Part shown: positions 25,591 through 39,559 of the stretch, in pieces
Layout: every line of letters starts with the position of its first letter
Numbering within the stretch: the stretch's first letter is position 1
Origin: Eledone cirrhosa
Lineage: Eukaryota
Length of the DNA: 64,000 nt
NCBI GenBank assembly: GCA_964016885.1
Contig: CAXHJY010000075.1
Coordinates: 62,001-126,000, forward strand
Direction of reading: 5' to 3'
The notes under the pieces: model-generated
The model's database searches: none
What the model was told of the DNA's origin: nothing
What the model saw: the letters and a program-made list of their open reading frames with translations, nothing else
Position numbers and translations under genes: made by a program

Positions 25591-26004
25591 GTGACCGATA
25601 TATAGCATTACCAATTGGAAAGACCAATGGAAACATTGTTTCCTCGGTCCGATTTGACGAAAGTCGATCGACAAATTTAGTCTCTAATATTTAAACATCT
25701 CAGTGAGAGAAATCTCTCAGAGAAGCAATATTATATATTAAAAGTGAGCAAAAACTTTTATTTAGGGGAATACAAACAAGATAGACAAAAATGAATTTTA
25801 TCTAAACTCGCTTATCTATAGATCTCCCTACCAGTAAAGAATTAAACTTCCCTGAAGAATCTGCCATACTCTTCAAGGGGGTTTAATTCTTCAAGAGGTA
25901 AGTGAAATTGAACAAGTTATCTCTGCATGAAGCAAAATGGTCTGGACATTTGGAGTTATAGACGGTGAGTTTCCACACTTTTGGCCATCCCAATTTACAT
26001 AGTG

Positions 26005-26290
26005 AAGGCGCATGCATTGGGCTTGCAATTGAGAGGTTGTGATGCGTTGTGTCCTTGAACAAGACACTTTATTTCACGTTGTTTCAGTTCACTCAGCTGT
26101 AGAAATGAGTTGCGACGACACAGGTGCCAAGCTGTATCGGCCATTTCCTTTCCCTTGGAGAACATTGGTGGCATGGAGAGGGGAGACTGGTATGCATGGG
26201 CGACTGCTGGTCTTCCACAAAAGAAACCTTTCACAGGCTTGTGCCTCCGAGGGAAACTTTCTAGGTGCAAAACCATGGTCATTCATAGCC
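26005..26290 (+). mobile_element. Second SINE family, longer copy
   Basis: ccttgaacaagacactttatttcacg...cactcagctgtagaaatgag. Confidence 0.65.
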
Positions 26291-26525
26291 GGGTGGGGCC
26301 ATAGAGAGAGAATTTACATTCAAAGGATCGTCTGTAGGTAAGACAAAATGACATTTCTCGAAGATGCCAGGTAGTATGATCGAACACTGAGCTTCGAATC
26401 GAATTTCTTAGCACTCGACCATGCTTCTATACGTTATACAAATGCGCACAAATACACACACACGCCCACATACTCACTCGCACAGCGACACAAAAACATA
26501 TATATGTATGTCTGCATATATATGT

Positions 26526-27520
<995 letters not shown>

Positions 27521-27565
27521 AATCTTCTATACACAATCATACACACCCGTGTATATTTATCTATA

Positions 27566-27643
<78 letters not shown>

Positions 27644-27799
27644 CTCACACACATATATATATATAGAGAGAGAGAGGTAGACCACTGGAAGGTAATATCC
27701 GTAGTGGTAGAGCACTCAGTCTATGGGGCCAGTTTGGAGAAATGGTAACACAACAGTTAGTTCACCATACCGAGAACAATTGTATCACCTTATGCGGAT

Positions 27800-27840
27800 C
27801 CGAGCTGAAGATCCGCATAAGGTGAAACAATTGTTCTCGG
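27800..27840 (+). ncRNA. Type I hammerhead ribozyme (minimal), preceded by an inverted partial copy of itself
   Basis: ccgag CUGAAGA u-cc-gcauaa-gg-u GAAA caauug UU cucgg; 27745-27800 is the reverse complement of 27810-27865. Confidence 0.8.
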
Positions 27841-27883
27841 TATGGTGAACTAACTGTTGTGTTACTACTTATATATATATATA

Positions 27884-28520
27884 TGCGATGAAATACCAAT
27901 GATGGTTGGAAAATCACTGACGAAGGACTATTTTTATCATATGTAACCCATGTGCAAACCACGCAGTATCCTTCTTTCTTCTCATGTTTTTTATATATAT
28001 TTACCTCGGCTGCGTTTGTCTGTTTCTCTCTTACTGCTTCCCCGCTCTCTCTGTTTCTCTCACCTTCTTTCGCCCCCTCTGTCAGTTACACTTTCTCTCG
28101 ACTGACCGCTTCCTCGCACTTCCACGCACTCACTCTCTGTTTCTCCCTTCTCACTTCCTCCCGTTTGGCTAACAGTGGGCCTCTCTTCTTGCTTACATCC
28201 CACTCAGGTCGGACGTCTATACTTTTCGCTCATGAAATCCACCCAGATTATGCTGACCTGGACTACCATGTTGCTTGTTTATTTCCTTTCTTTGGTTTGT
28301 TTTTATCCTTCTATGTTGTTCACTTGTCCCCCTCGCTTTACGCGACTACTGGTCCCAATAACTTTTTTTAGATTATTGCTCGCACCTACCTGAGGTATCT
28401 GATTTTTAATGCGATGAAATACCAATAATGGTTGGAAAATCACTGACGAAGGACTATTTTTATCATATGTAACCCATGTGCAAACCACGCAGCATTCTTC
28501 TTTCTTCTCATGTTTTTATA
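27884..28520 (+). mobile_element. Non-coding element with ~110-bp direct repeats (pLTR-like); related copy at ~55270-55760
   Basis: 27884-27995 repeats at 28409-28520; bounded by (TA)n. Confidence 0.6.
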
Positions 28521-29019
28521 TATATATATATTACAGTCATACCGCAAATAACTGAAATAAATATATAAGATAAGGCTACACGATCCTATGATCTTATACT
28601 ATCTTTCTATTTCATCTTTTATTTCTCCTTCTATCTTCTGATGAACGACTAGTATCCGAAACGGAAAGACTCTTTTCCTACAATATCAAGCATTAAACTA
28701 ATACATTTCTTCATTGTATCGTGTTGCTTCAATTTACTTTTTGCACACACACACAAACACACCCACACACTTATATGTGTGTGTGTGTGGCGGGAGGGGG
28801 TCTTTGGGAGGAGGGGTGCGTGCAAATACATGTAAATTCACACACGTGTGTATATGTTATATTCTTATTTTCTGATGACGACAAAGGTGTGTATTCTTAC
28901 TGCTGATGCCAAGATAAACAATATTTTATTCCAGTTGGAACTAAATAAAATAGAAATATAGAAATACAACACGTGTTGCTGAGTGAAGAGAAGCGTCTTG
29001 TCTTCGTTCTATACAATTA

Positions 29020-29020
<1 letters not shown>

Positions 29021-29050
<30 letters not shown>

Positions 29051-29275
29051 CTTCTTCTTCTTCTTCTTCTTCTTCTTCTTCTTCTTCTTCTTCTTCTTCT
29101 TCTTCTTCTTCTTCTTCTTCTTCTTCTTCTTCTTCTTCTTCTTCTTCTTCTTCTTCTTCTCCTCCTCCACCTCCCCTTACTCCTTCTTCTTCTTCTTCTT
29201 CTTCTGCTCCTCCTCCCCTTACTTCTTCTTCTTCTTCTTCATCTCCTTCTTCTTCTTCTTCTTCTCCCCTTCCCC

Positions 29276-29309
<34 letters not shown>

Positions 29310-29545
29310 CTTCTTCTTCTTCTTCTTCTTCTGCTCCTCCTCCCCCCCTTACTTCTCCTTCTTCTTCATCTCCTTCTTCTTCTTCTTCTTCTTCTTCTTC
29401 TTCTTCTTCTTCTTCTTCTTCTTCTTCTTCTTCTTCTTCTTTTTCTTCTTCTTCTCCCCTTCCCCTTACTCCTTCTTCTTCTTCTTCTTCTTCTTCTTCT
29501 TCTTCTTCTTCTTCTTCTTCTTCTTCTTCTTCTCCTCCCCTTCCC

Positions 29546-29579
<34 letters not shown>

Positions 29580-29632
29580 CTTCTTCTTCTTCTTCTTCTT
29601 CTTCTTCTTCTTCTTCTTCTCCTCCCCTTCCC

Positions 29633-29666
<34 letters not shown>

Positions 29667-29715
29667 CTTCTTCTTCTTCTTCTTCTTCTTCTTCTTCTTC
29701 TCCTCCTCTTTCTTC
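29021..29715. repeat. (TTC)n expansion, probably the (GAA)n tail of the adjacent RTE
   Basis: Abuts the minus-strand RTE 3' end. Confidence 0.95.
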
Positions 29716-29719
29716 TTCA

Positions 29720-30087
29720 CCCATTTATTCCAGTAGGTTCTGTTAGAACCAACCGTCTCCAACGTATCCGGCTGGGTCGCCAAGCGAGACCAGTCGAGTT
29801 AATGGATGTTGTCCAGCCATCTTTCTCGGGGTTTACTCCTCAGTCTACTACTGGTTGTTTTTTGCCCGTAAACCATACCCAACGCTGCTTTCCTGAAACA
29901 TTCTAACCTCGTGTCCACAGTAACCGAGCTATGATCTCTCAATTCGGAGAAAAAGCGGCTTTACGAGAAGCGACTCTCTGATCTCCGATCTATGCACTCT
30001 ATCGAGTAATGTTACTCTAAAAACCATTCGGAGGGACCCTATTTCGGTCGGTTGTATTGGCGAGTGTATTCTTTCGGTCATTACCGA
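29720..30087 (-). mobile_element. RTE-clade LINE 3' portion
   Basis: VMTERIHSPIQPTEIGSLRMVFRVTLLDRVHRSEIRESL..PLFLRIERS...KPRERWLDNI. Confidence 0.8.
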
Positions 30088-30183
30088 ATATATATATATA
30101 AATTTATAAATTTACAAATCTACAAACTTATAAATTTCTGGTTGGTTGGTTGGTTCCACAACCAGATAGTTGTTTATATATAT

Positions 30184-30228
30184 AGTCATAGTCCTTTCGT
30201 CACACACTCTGTGACCTCTTCAGTGACT
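30184..30228 (-). ncRNA. pLTR hammerhead ribozyme
   Basis: aguca CUGAAGA g-gucaca-gagug-ugugac GAAA g-ga-c UA ugacu. Confidence 0.8.
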
Positions 30229-30431
30229 GGGGATTCCTTTCTTCGTTTCTGTGCCTTTTCTTTCTTCTATCCTACGCCATTTTGTTTCTGTGTGTGTGTT
30301 GTGTGCTCAGTTTGCGCATGTGCCACATCCGGGTGTCTGTGTCTGTTTGTGTTCATTTTTCTATTTGTTTATTTATTTATTGTTGGTTGGTTGTTTGTTC
30401 TATGTGTGTGTGTGTTTACATTTTGTCCTGT

Positions 30432-32488
30432 GTGCAACCCCACATCACTAACACAAGAGAGGTAACACCACAGGAGCATGAGGATAGAGAAAAAGCCCTC
30501 AATGCCCATATGGTGATGTGGACAAATATAATGCAGCCCAACAAAAGGACTGCCAACAACTTCCAGGCCTGGAACAATAACGTGCCGGCGTTGTATGGGC
30601 TTCGAAAAGACCATAAAACGGGCTGGAACCCTGTCACCGGACCACCAACACGACCAGTCTGTGGGGCTAACATTGCTAGTAACTACAGACTGTCCTACTT
30701 CCTCTCCCTGATCATACGCCCCATCATTGAGATGTCCCCAGATGTGTGTGACAGCACGGAGGACCTCCTCAGCAGAATCGGCGCGGGTAATCGATCTGGG
30801 GACCTAACAAACTGCATAATAGGCAGTATGGATGTTGTGTCCCTGTATCCATCTATTGACGTGGATTTTGCTGTGGAGAAATGCGTAGAAATGATCAGCG
30901 AGAGCAAGGTTGAGTTCCGTGGGATTGATACCAGTGAGCTGGGACTTCTACTTAAGCTTACCCATAGTAATAGTTACCTAGACACTTATGACCTTAGCAA
31001 CCTGTGCCCTACAAGACCAGCAAGAGGCAGACCACCTACCATTACCTCAATGGCCAAGAAAACCCACACAGATAGATGGAACGGGTGGACCAGAGCCATA
31101 CGGACACCCGAAAACCACGATGAACTGAAGAAAATGATTGCACATGCGGTAGGGGCCAGCATAAAATTAACCCTTAAAGAACATATGTTCAAATTTAATG
31201 GTAAAACATATGCCCAAGAGGAAGGAGCAGCCATTGGTGTTAGCATTGCAGGCGACATAGCTAACTTATTCATGGTATGGTGGGACAGTAGTCTTAAACA
31301 AAAACTTAATGAACAATTAGAAGACAGCAATCTCTTAACCCTGATAATGTACTCCCGCTACGTAGATGATATAAACATCGTAGTTAAGACACCCCCACTA
31401 AAGAACAGTCAGGAACTAGAGAAAAACACAATGGAAAGCATCCAGCAAATAGCAAACTCCATCCACCAGAGCATTAGAGTTACTATAGACTACCCAAGTA
31501 GACACCCCAACCATCGATTACCTGTACTAGACACAGAGCTCTGGTTAGATACCATTAACAACCAAAAACAAATCCTCCATTCCCATTATGCCAAACCCAT
31601 GACTTCCAAACATCTGATCCACCGAAACTCGGCCATTTCGGACCATACCAAAATCAACATACTGATTGCGGATTTGGTACGGGTGATGAGAAATGTGTCC
31701 CGCATGTGCAACCCCGAAGAACTAGAGAGACACATACAACACTTCATCTACCGTATGCAGTTCTCTGGCTACAATCAGAGAGATAGAATCAGAGTGTATA
31801 AAGGAGCCAGAACCAAATGGGAAAAAATGGTAAATAATGACATAAATGGGACCTGCCCCTTGTATAGGAGCAAATTTTGGAATAGAATAGAAAGAACTAG
31901 GAACAAGGCCAATAAAATAAACTCATGGTATGATAGCAATAAATACCAGAGTGTAATGTTCATCAATACAACCCCTAGAGGCGAACTAGCCTACCAATTT
32001 AGAAGGGCCCTAAATAAACATAACCTCAATATTAAGATAGTAGAAAGACCTGGTACCTCCGTAAAAACACTTATTAGCAAGACATACCCGTTCCAAAGAC
32101 CCTCATGTATAGATAAGAAATGTATAACCTGTAAAATAAGCCCCCATATTAACTGTAAAACTAGAAATGTAGTGTATAGCATAAGATGTACTGAAGGACA
32201 ATGTAGAAACAAAAATATAGTGTACATAGGTGAGACAGCTCGTAGTATAGGGGAACGAATAAATGAACACTGGCGAGACCTCCAAGATAATAAAGAATCA
32301 TCTGTGCTCTACCAACATGCTAAGATAGAACACAGGGTAGATTAGAGAGCATAGAAATAAAAATAGAATCCACGCACAGAAAAGACTCAATGTTTAGGCA
32401 AATTACAGAGGCAGTAAGCATAAAAGAATTAAAACCAAAATTAAATAGAAAATATGAGTGGAACAGCAACATCACAACTTACAATTAA
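30432..32488 (+). CDS. PLE reverse transcriptase + C-terminal GIY-YIG endonuclease, 5'-truncated, one frameshift near 32338
   Basis: LYGLRKDHK, TRPVC, SMDVVSLYPSI, QEEGAAIG, YSRYVDD, LPVLDTEL, Cys-rich linker, VVYSIRC..YIGET..RINEH; after the frameshift continues SIEIK..RQITEAVSI..KPKLNRKYEW. The first ~50 codons of the listed ORF (30282-30431) are inverted pLTR. Confidence 0.92.
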
Positions 32489-32796
32489 GGACAAAATGAA
32501 GACACACACACACATAGAACAAACAACTTACAATTGAAAACACACACAAATTGAAAACACACAATTGAAAACACACACAAAATGAAAACACACACAGGAC
32601 AAAATGTAAACACACACACACATAGAACAAACAACCAACCAACAATAAATAAATAAACAAATAGAAAAATGAACACAAACACACACAGACACCCGGATGT
32701 GGCACATGCGCAAACTGAGCACGCAACACACACACAGAAACAAAATGGCGTAGGATAGAAGAAAGAAAAGGCACAGAAACGAAGAAAGGAATCCCC

Positions 32797-32836
32797 AGTC
32801 ACTGAAGAGGTCACAGAGTGTGTGACGAAAGGACTA
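32797..32836 (+). ncRNA. pLTR hammerhead with the 3' strand of stem I deleted
   Basis: Same core as 30184 but lacks tgact after the CUA site. Confidence 0.55.
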
Positions 32837-33053
32837 TAAACAACTATCTGGTTGTGGAACCAACCAACCAACCAGAAATTTATAAGTTTGTAGATTTGTA
32901 AATTTATAAATTTATAAATATATAATAAATTGAAGTGAAAGCGACTGGTGCGTGTGTTTCTTATTGGCAACATGACCCTCCCAAAGTATAACAATATCGG
33001 TTTCAACACACGATTTCAGATAAAGAATCTTGCTAAACAAATTCAGAAACGAA

Positions 33054-33118
<65 letters not shown>

Positions 33119-33178
33119 ATAATAATGAATTCTAAAGAATGAAACAGTTCTAGTCCTGTAGAATCTCATCTATATTAA

Positions 33179-33221
<43 letters not shown>

Positions 33222-33259
33222 GTATAGGATTATCCAAGATGTAGTAATAGTTAATTACT

Positions 33260-34300
33260 ATTTAAACGATGTGGTGGTAGATCCGATATAATACCATTTC
33301 TGGTCGTTCGATTCAATTATATCGGATCTACCACCACATCGTTTAAATCTCGCTGGTACCGTCATCGATTCTCAATCAAACATCCGAATCACCGTTTTGT
33401 GACCACGCTTGCCAACAAGACCTGGCAACTCCGTGAACACAACCAACAGTTCACCTTAAAATGGGATATACTTTCCAGCGCAAGTGCATATCGGAGTGGA
33501 TTGAAGTACTGCAGGTTATGTAACCTTGAGCTCTTTTACATATTAAAATCCAAAAACAAACTACTTAACGATAGAATTGAACGATCATTATACTCCAACC
33601 ACAAACTAAAAGCTAAATTCTCTCACTATAAAATAACTTAACATTCGAACCCGTAACTATAACACCGCTTTCTAGCTAACAACCTTCTCTTCCCCCCACA
33701 CTACAAGACAATACACTGCTTATCACTATACATGGTAACTCAGTGCAATTCCTAGATTACTACTACAAACCCAAAGTTCACTCACCACACAAACTTCGTC
33801 TGTCCCCTCTCTACCTATCTCTCTCTACATCCATTACACTCTCCCTCTCTCGCCTTTGGCCTACCTCCCTCTCAACATCTATGAACCTGCCCTCTGGGGC
33901 AATAAATAATTCCGACCTTAACTATCAACGCATCTCTCCAAAAGTAACCAGTATAATAAAACCCCTACCATAACATTTTGATTAAGATATCTACAAGCCA
34001 CTCTCTCCTACTTCTCCAACCCCTGCATATCTTTCTTTCTCTCTCCCTCTTCCCTACTTTTTTATCTCTTCCTTTTCTACTCTATCTTCCCCAACAACCC
34101 CACTTAAGGGTATTTACATTGTACATTTTACCATTCTGCTCTGAGGAAACAGTGGTCACAGCATTGGATATTTGAGTTCTGCAAGTACTTGTGAATTTGC
34201 ACGTAGCATAACTAGGCTGCAGTACCACCGTGGAAACACTTGTAAGCACACGGAATAAATTACCTTTTTATGATGTCTACCTGTTAGTATTCATTCTTTA
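33260..34300 (+). mobile_element. Second PLE family: GIY-YIG C-terminal fragment plus 3' region
   Basis: NYIGSTTTSFKSRWYRH...TTLANKTWQLR..LKWDIL..YRSGLKYCRLCNLE; 32-bp inverted duplication at the 5' junction. Confidence 0.75.
34137..34248 (+). ncRNA. Type I hammerhead with long stem II insert
   Basis: ugcu CUGAGGA aacaguggu...accaccgug GAAA cacuug UA agca. Confidence 0.65.
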
Positions 34301-34315
34301 TATATATATATATAT

Positions 34316-35695
34316 ATTTCGTTTCTGAATTTGTTTAGCAAGATTCTTTATCTGAAATCGTGTGTTGAAACCGATATTGTTATACTTTGGGAGGGTCATG
34401 TTGCCAATAAGAAACACACGCACCAGTTGCTTTCACTTCAATTTATTATATATTTATAAATTTATAAATTTACAAATCTACAAATTTATAAATTTCTGGT
34501 TGGTTGGTTGGTTCCACAACCAGATAGTTGTTTATATATAGTCATAGTCCTTTCGTCACACACTCTGTGACCTCTTCAGTGACTGGGGATTCCTTTCTTT
34601 GTTTCTGTGCCTTTCCTTTCTTCTGTCCTACGCCATTTTGTTTCTGTGTGTGTGTGTTGTGTGTTCAGTTTGCGCATGCGCCACATCCGGGTGTCTCTTT
34701 TTGATGGTGTTGGTGTAGATTCTGGACGAGGCACACTGCTTTATGAAGGATAGTTGTCGAGATGTTATGGTTTTTCGTAGACAACAGAACATGGTGGTTT
34801 TCAGTATCTTGTTAGCCTGGCTAAGGCTTACGATATTTCGTTTCTGAATTTGTTTAGCAAGATTCTTTATCTGAAATCGTGTGTTGAAACCGATATTGTT
34901 ATACTTTGGGAGGGTCATGTTGCCAATAAGAAACACACGCACCAGTTGCTTTCACTTCAATTTATTATATATTTATAAATTTATAAATTTACAAATCTAC
35001 AAACTTATAAATTTCTGGTTGGTTGGTTGGTTCCACAACCAGATAGTTGTTTATATATAGTCATAGTCCTTTCGTCACACACTCTGTGACCTCTTCAGTG
35101 ACTGGGGATTCCTTTCTTTGTTTCTGTGCCTTTCCTTTCTTCTGTCCTACGCCATTTTGTTTCTGTGTGTGTGTTGTGTGCTCAGTTTGCGCATGTGCCA
35201 CATCCGGGTGTCTCGTATATTTATTTCGTTTCTGAATTTGTTTAGCAAGATTCTTTATCTGAAAACGTGTGTTGAAACCGATATTGTTATACTTTGGGAG
35301 GGTCATGTTGCCAATAAGAAATACACGCACCAGTTGTTTTCATTTCAATTTATTATAAATTAAATTTATAAATTTAAGAAATTTATAAAATTCCGGTTGG
35401 TTGGTTCCACAACCGGACGGTTGTTCATATCTTGTCAAAGTTCTTTCGTCACACATTCTGTGACCTCTTCAGAACAAAGGAGAAGCACAAAACAAAGAGA
35501 AGAATCCCCAGTCACTGAAGAGGTCACAGAATGTTAGACGAAAGAACTTTGACAATATATGAACAATCGTCCGGTTGTGGAACCAACCAACCAACCGGAA
35601 ATTTAGAAATTTATTAAATTTATAATAAATTGGAGTGAAAGCAATTGGTGCGTGTGTTTCTTATTGGCAACATGACCCTCCCAAAGTATAACAGT
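34316..35695. repeat. Array of pLTR copies of the 30090 PLE (three on minus, one on plus); further fragments at 38338-38690
   Basis: Near-identical to 32690-33056; HHRs at 34540-34584 (-), 35059-35103 (-) and variant 35511-35553 (+). Confidence 0.88.
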
Positions 35696-35811
35696 ATATA
35701 TATATGTATGTATATGTACATACATATACATATATACATGTATATGTATACGTGTATATATGTATATGAATATATATATATACATATATACATTGTTTTT
35801 GTTGCTGTCGT

Positions 35812-35846
<35 letters not shown>

Positions 35847-35949
35847 TTATAACACATCTGTCGTACATTCAATTAGGGGTTTTCTTAATAATAGTTTCTG
35901 ATTTAGGCACGAGGCCAATCCATCACTTTGCACCGAAAGGATGTAAAGC

Positions 35950-36008
35950 ATGGTGGTGGTGGTGGTGGTGGTGGTGATGGTGGTGTTGGTGGTGTTGGTG
36001 GTGGAGGC

Positions 36009-36039
<31 letters not shown>

Positions 36040-36125
36040 AGTGGTTTTGGTAGTGTTGGTGTTGGTGTTGTTGGTAGTGATGGTGATGGAGATGGTGGTA
36101 GTGGTGGTTGTTGTTGTTATTGTAG

Positions 36126-36172
<47 letters not shown>

Positions 36173-36381
36173 GGTGGTGGTGGTGGTGGTGGTGGTGGTG
36201 GTGGTAATAGCGTGTTATTGGTGGTGATGATGGTGGTGGTGGTGTTGGTGGTGGAGGCTGTTGTTGTTGGTGGTGATGGTGGTGGTAGTGGTTTTGGTAG
36301 TGTTGGTGTTGGTGTTGTTGGTAGTGATGGTGATGATGATGGTGGTAGTGGTGGTTGTTGTTGTTATTGTAGTTGTTGTTG

Positions 36382-36413
<32 letters not shown>

Positions 36414-36500
36414 GGTGGTGGTGGTGGTGGTGGAGTTGGTGGTAATAGCGTGTTATTGGTGGTGATGATGGTGGTTGTGGTGGTGGTGGTGGTGCCCGTT
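35950..36500. repeat. GGT/GTT low-complexity tract with a ~240-bp internal duplication
   Basis: The anchor ggtaatagcgtgttattgg occurs twice. Confidence 0.85.
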
Positions 36501-36605
36501 GTCTTCTTTGTCGTTGTCGTCGTGTCCTTCATATAAATATTTTTAGTCAGTGTTAAGGGCTCATCAATATTGTTGAGCTGGTTCATAATTGTTTATATTC
36601 CTCTT

Positions 36606-36636
<31 letters not shown>

Positions 36637-36777
36637 ACAGTAACTTAAGGCCAAGTACTCAATATGTCAAGTGCAGAGCATATATATCCATTTATTAAAA
36701 CTAATGACTATTACAAGACTGGTTCTGTTTCTTTCGCTAAGAATTTGTCTAGAAGTGTTAAAATGGGTGGTATTTCT

Positions 36778-37228
36778 TGGTTTGGCAGTATCGATAGAGG
36801 GTCGGACGCCAAGCTTTGCAGCATAGAGTTACGGCCCTTTGCGGTCTGATTTCAAATCCCTCCGAGTAATACACTGGGATAATTGCTTGCCTTGTGCCAA
36901 AAGTAGTAACAATTATCATATAACGAATATATAAGATTAAATAAAAGTGAATACATATAATCGATTTTATTAATCAGTTAAATATGTTTTATTGATGAAC
37001 ATTTAAAAAAAAAATATCGTAAACAAATCCATTTCAAATAATTGTTTCCACTTTTGGCACAAGGCCAGCAATTACCCAGTGCATTACTGGTACTTTATTT
37101 TATCGACCCCGTAAGGATGAAAGGCAAAGCTAACCTCGGCGGGTTTGAACGGAGATCATAAAGGGCCGTAACTCTTTGCTGCAAAGCATGGCGTCCGACT
37201 CTCTACCGATACTGCCAATACACCGCCC
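36778..37228. mobile_element. Two SINE copies, plus (36778-36915) and minus (37040-37228)
   Basis: Match to the dominant SINE. Confidence 0.8.
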
Positions 37229-38458
37229 TTGCTGCCAATCCACTTCAAATAATAACAACACTGCAGATATTTAAAAATGGAAATTGAAGGGAAGGGCAAG
37301 GGTTCTAGGGTCACAGAAGAATGGGAGGGGGAAGGGTGAGGGTGATGAGCTCTAGGCCTAGGGTGCGGCAGTGTTGCGGCTGTGTGCCCCACGGACAAAA
37401 GCCCGCACGGCGTGGTGAGGCTCAAGGAGCCAGTTTTCGGGATGGTGTTTTTGTTAAATCCAAAGTTTGAGTGGAAAAGGGGGGGGGGGCAGAGAGAAAA
37501 ATAAACAAATGAATATAAAAAAGAATAAAGAGACAGGAAGGAAGAAAGAAAGAAAGAAAGAATTGGAATGAAGAAGGAAAGAAAGAAAGAAAGAAAGGAA
37601 GAAAGAAAAAAGAATGAAAGAATGAAAGAAAGAAACAAACAAACAAACAAACAAAGCAAAGAAAAGACGGAAAGAAATAAAAGAAAATATAAAGATAAAA
37701 AAGAAAAAAGAAACGAATAGTAAGACAGAAAGAGAGAAGGCAGAGAGAAAGAGAGGAGGTAGAGAGAAAGAAAGAAAATACCTCTTCAAATATTGTTAGG
37801 ATGGTTAATGTAAATAAATATGTAGAGTCATTTGTGGTTTATCAGGAAGTGCCTATTAATGCGAGAGTGGATATTTATTACAGTATGGGTTTCAGCATCA
37901 ATTTTACATTGTGTATATATTACAATGTAATATTCATTTTCCTAATGTTTTTAGGGTGGTTTGTTGACGACGCTGAGCAATTAATGTTTTTTTTTTTCGT
38001 GTTTTATTTATTGCTAGCAGCTGTTAGTTACTTAGCCTCTTAGCCTTGTTATAATAATAGGGTTACTTAGCTCTGTTAAAGGTGGTTGGTTCCGTCTAAA
38101 GAGAATGTACTTAGGCTTTTGAGTACAGGATTTCATACAAATGAAACAGTTCTAGTTCTGTAGAAATCATTTATATAAGGGACCGACCATTGTGGAAATA
38201 AGATCATTTTCCAAATTGTTTTATAGTCCTGCCGTCTCAGGAGCTCAGACTGTTATAACTGATTGTCCTCAGTGAATATGTATAACGGATTTTAATATAT
38301 ACGGCCTCGGATGTTATATATATATATATATATATAGTTATACTTTGGGAGGGTCATGTTGCCAATAAGAAACACACGCACCAGTTGCTTTCATTTCAAT
38401 TTATTATAATAAATTTATATATTTCCGGTTGGTTGGTTGGTTCCACAACCAGATGATT

Positions 38459-38492
<34 letters not shown>

Positions 38493-38689
38493 TGGTTGTG
38501 GAACCAACCAACCAACCGGAAATTTATAAATTCCTAAATTTATAAATTTATTATAATAAATTGAAGTGAAAGCAACTGGTGCGTGTGTTTCTTATTGGCA
38601 ACACGACCCTCCCAAAGTATAACAATATCGGTTTCAACACACGTTTTCAGATAAAGAATCTTGCTAAACAAATTCAGAAACGAAATATA

Positions 38690-38719
<30 letters not shown>

Positions 38720-38721
<2 letters not shown>

Positions 38722-39363
38722 AGAAATAGGATTTCGCTTCAAGCATAGCTTTATACAATATGTATAAATATTTCGAAATACTGCTTTAGGAAGCCGTAGC
38801 TATGCAAATACTGGGGGGGCTAACGCCCTCTGGTGATGTCCAGCAGAAGTAAGGGGGACAACCGTCTATGCATTTCAGGCTTAACTGGCTTTCGTCAGGA
38901 CGGTCCCTCCCACCGCTTGCGACTGCTGGACTAGAAGACAGGCGAGAATATATACTTTTCTCGTCTGTGTAAATGAGGTGATTAATCTCATTTGCATATG
39001 AAGCTACATAAGTTGGCTCAACTTATAATAAAAAAGAAATAGGATTTCGCTTCAAGCATAGCTTTATACAATATGTATAAATATTTCGTATCTCCAAAGA
39101 AATACTGTTTTAGCAAGCCGTAGCTATACAAACACCGGTGTGTTAACGCCCTCTAGTGATGTCCAGCAGATTTACACAGTCGAGAAAAGTTTTCTCGCCT
39201 GTCTTCTAGTCCAGCAGTCGCAAGAGGTGGGAGGGACCGTCCTGACGAAGGCCAATTAAGCATGAAATGCATAGACGCATAGACGGTTGTCCCCCTTGCT
39301 TCCGCTGGACATCACCAGATGGAGTTAGCCCCCCCCCCCTCCCGGTGTGTGCATAGCTACGGC
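38720..39363. mobile_element. Non-coding element with direct and inverted repeats and two hammerheads
   Basis: 38720-38850 repeats at 39034-39170; 38795-38950 is inverted at 39190-39363. Confidence 0.75.
38861..38904 (-). ncRNA. Type I hammerhead (second copy on plus at 39236-39277)
   Basis: accguc CUGACGA aagc-caguuaa-gccu GAAA ugca UA gacggu. Confidence 0.8.
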
Positions 39364-39460
39364 ATAGGTACTGTCTAACTGACCATCAGCTGTCCTTTTT
39401 CCTGCCACACTTCAATGGATCACTGCTGGGTTACGTAGTTCACACGTCCACGCGCGTACT

Positions 39461-39536
<76 letters not shown>

Positions 39537-39559
39537 GTATATATATATATATGTATATA

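Larger units (their letters stand above)
30090..33056 (+). mobile_element. Penelope-like element: inverted 5' pLTR, RT-GIY-YIG ORF, 3' pLTR
   Basis: 30095-30432 is the reverse complement of ~32595-32920; flanked by (TA)n. Confidence 0.93.

Noticed and set aside
25700-25995. Possible Tc1-like end (ggatggccaaaagtg on minus)
   Set aside because: No partner TIR or TA duplication seen
27912-28452. CTGACGA boxes in the direct repeats, plus CTGAGGT...GAAA near 28390
   Set aside because: No complete core; at most a decayed HHR
30282-30431. Cys/Val-rich N-terminus of the 687-aa ORF
   Set aside because: Read-through of the inverted pLTR, not part of the protein
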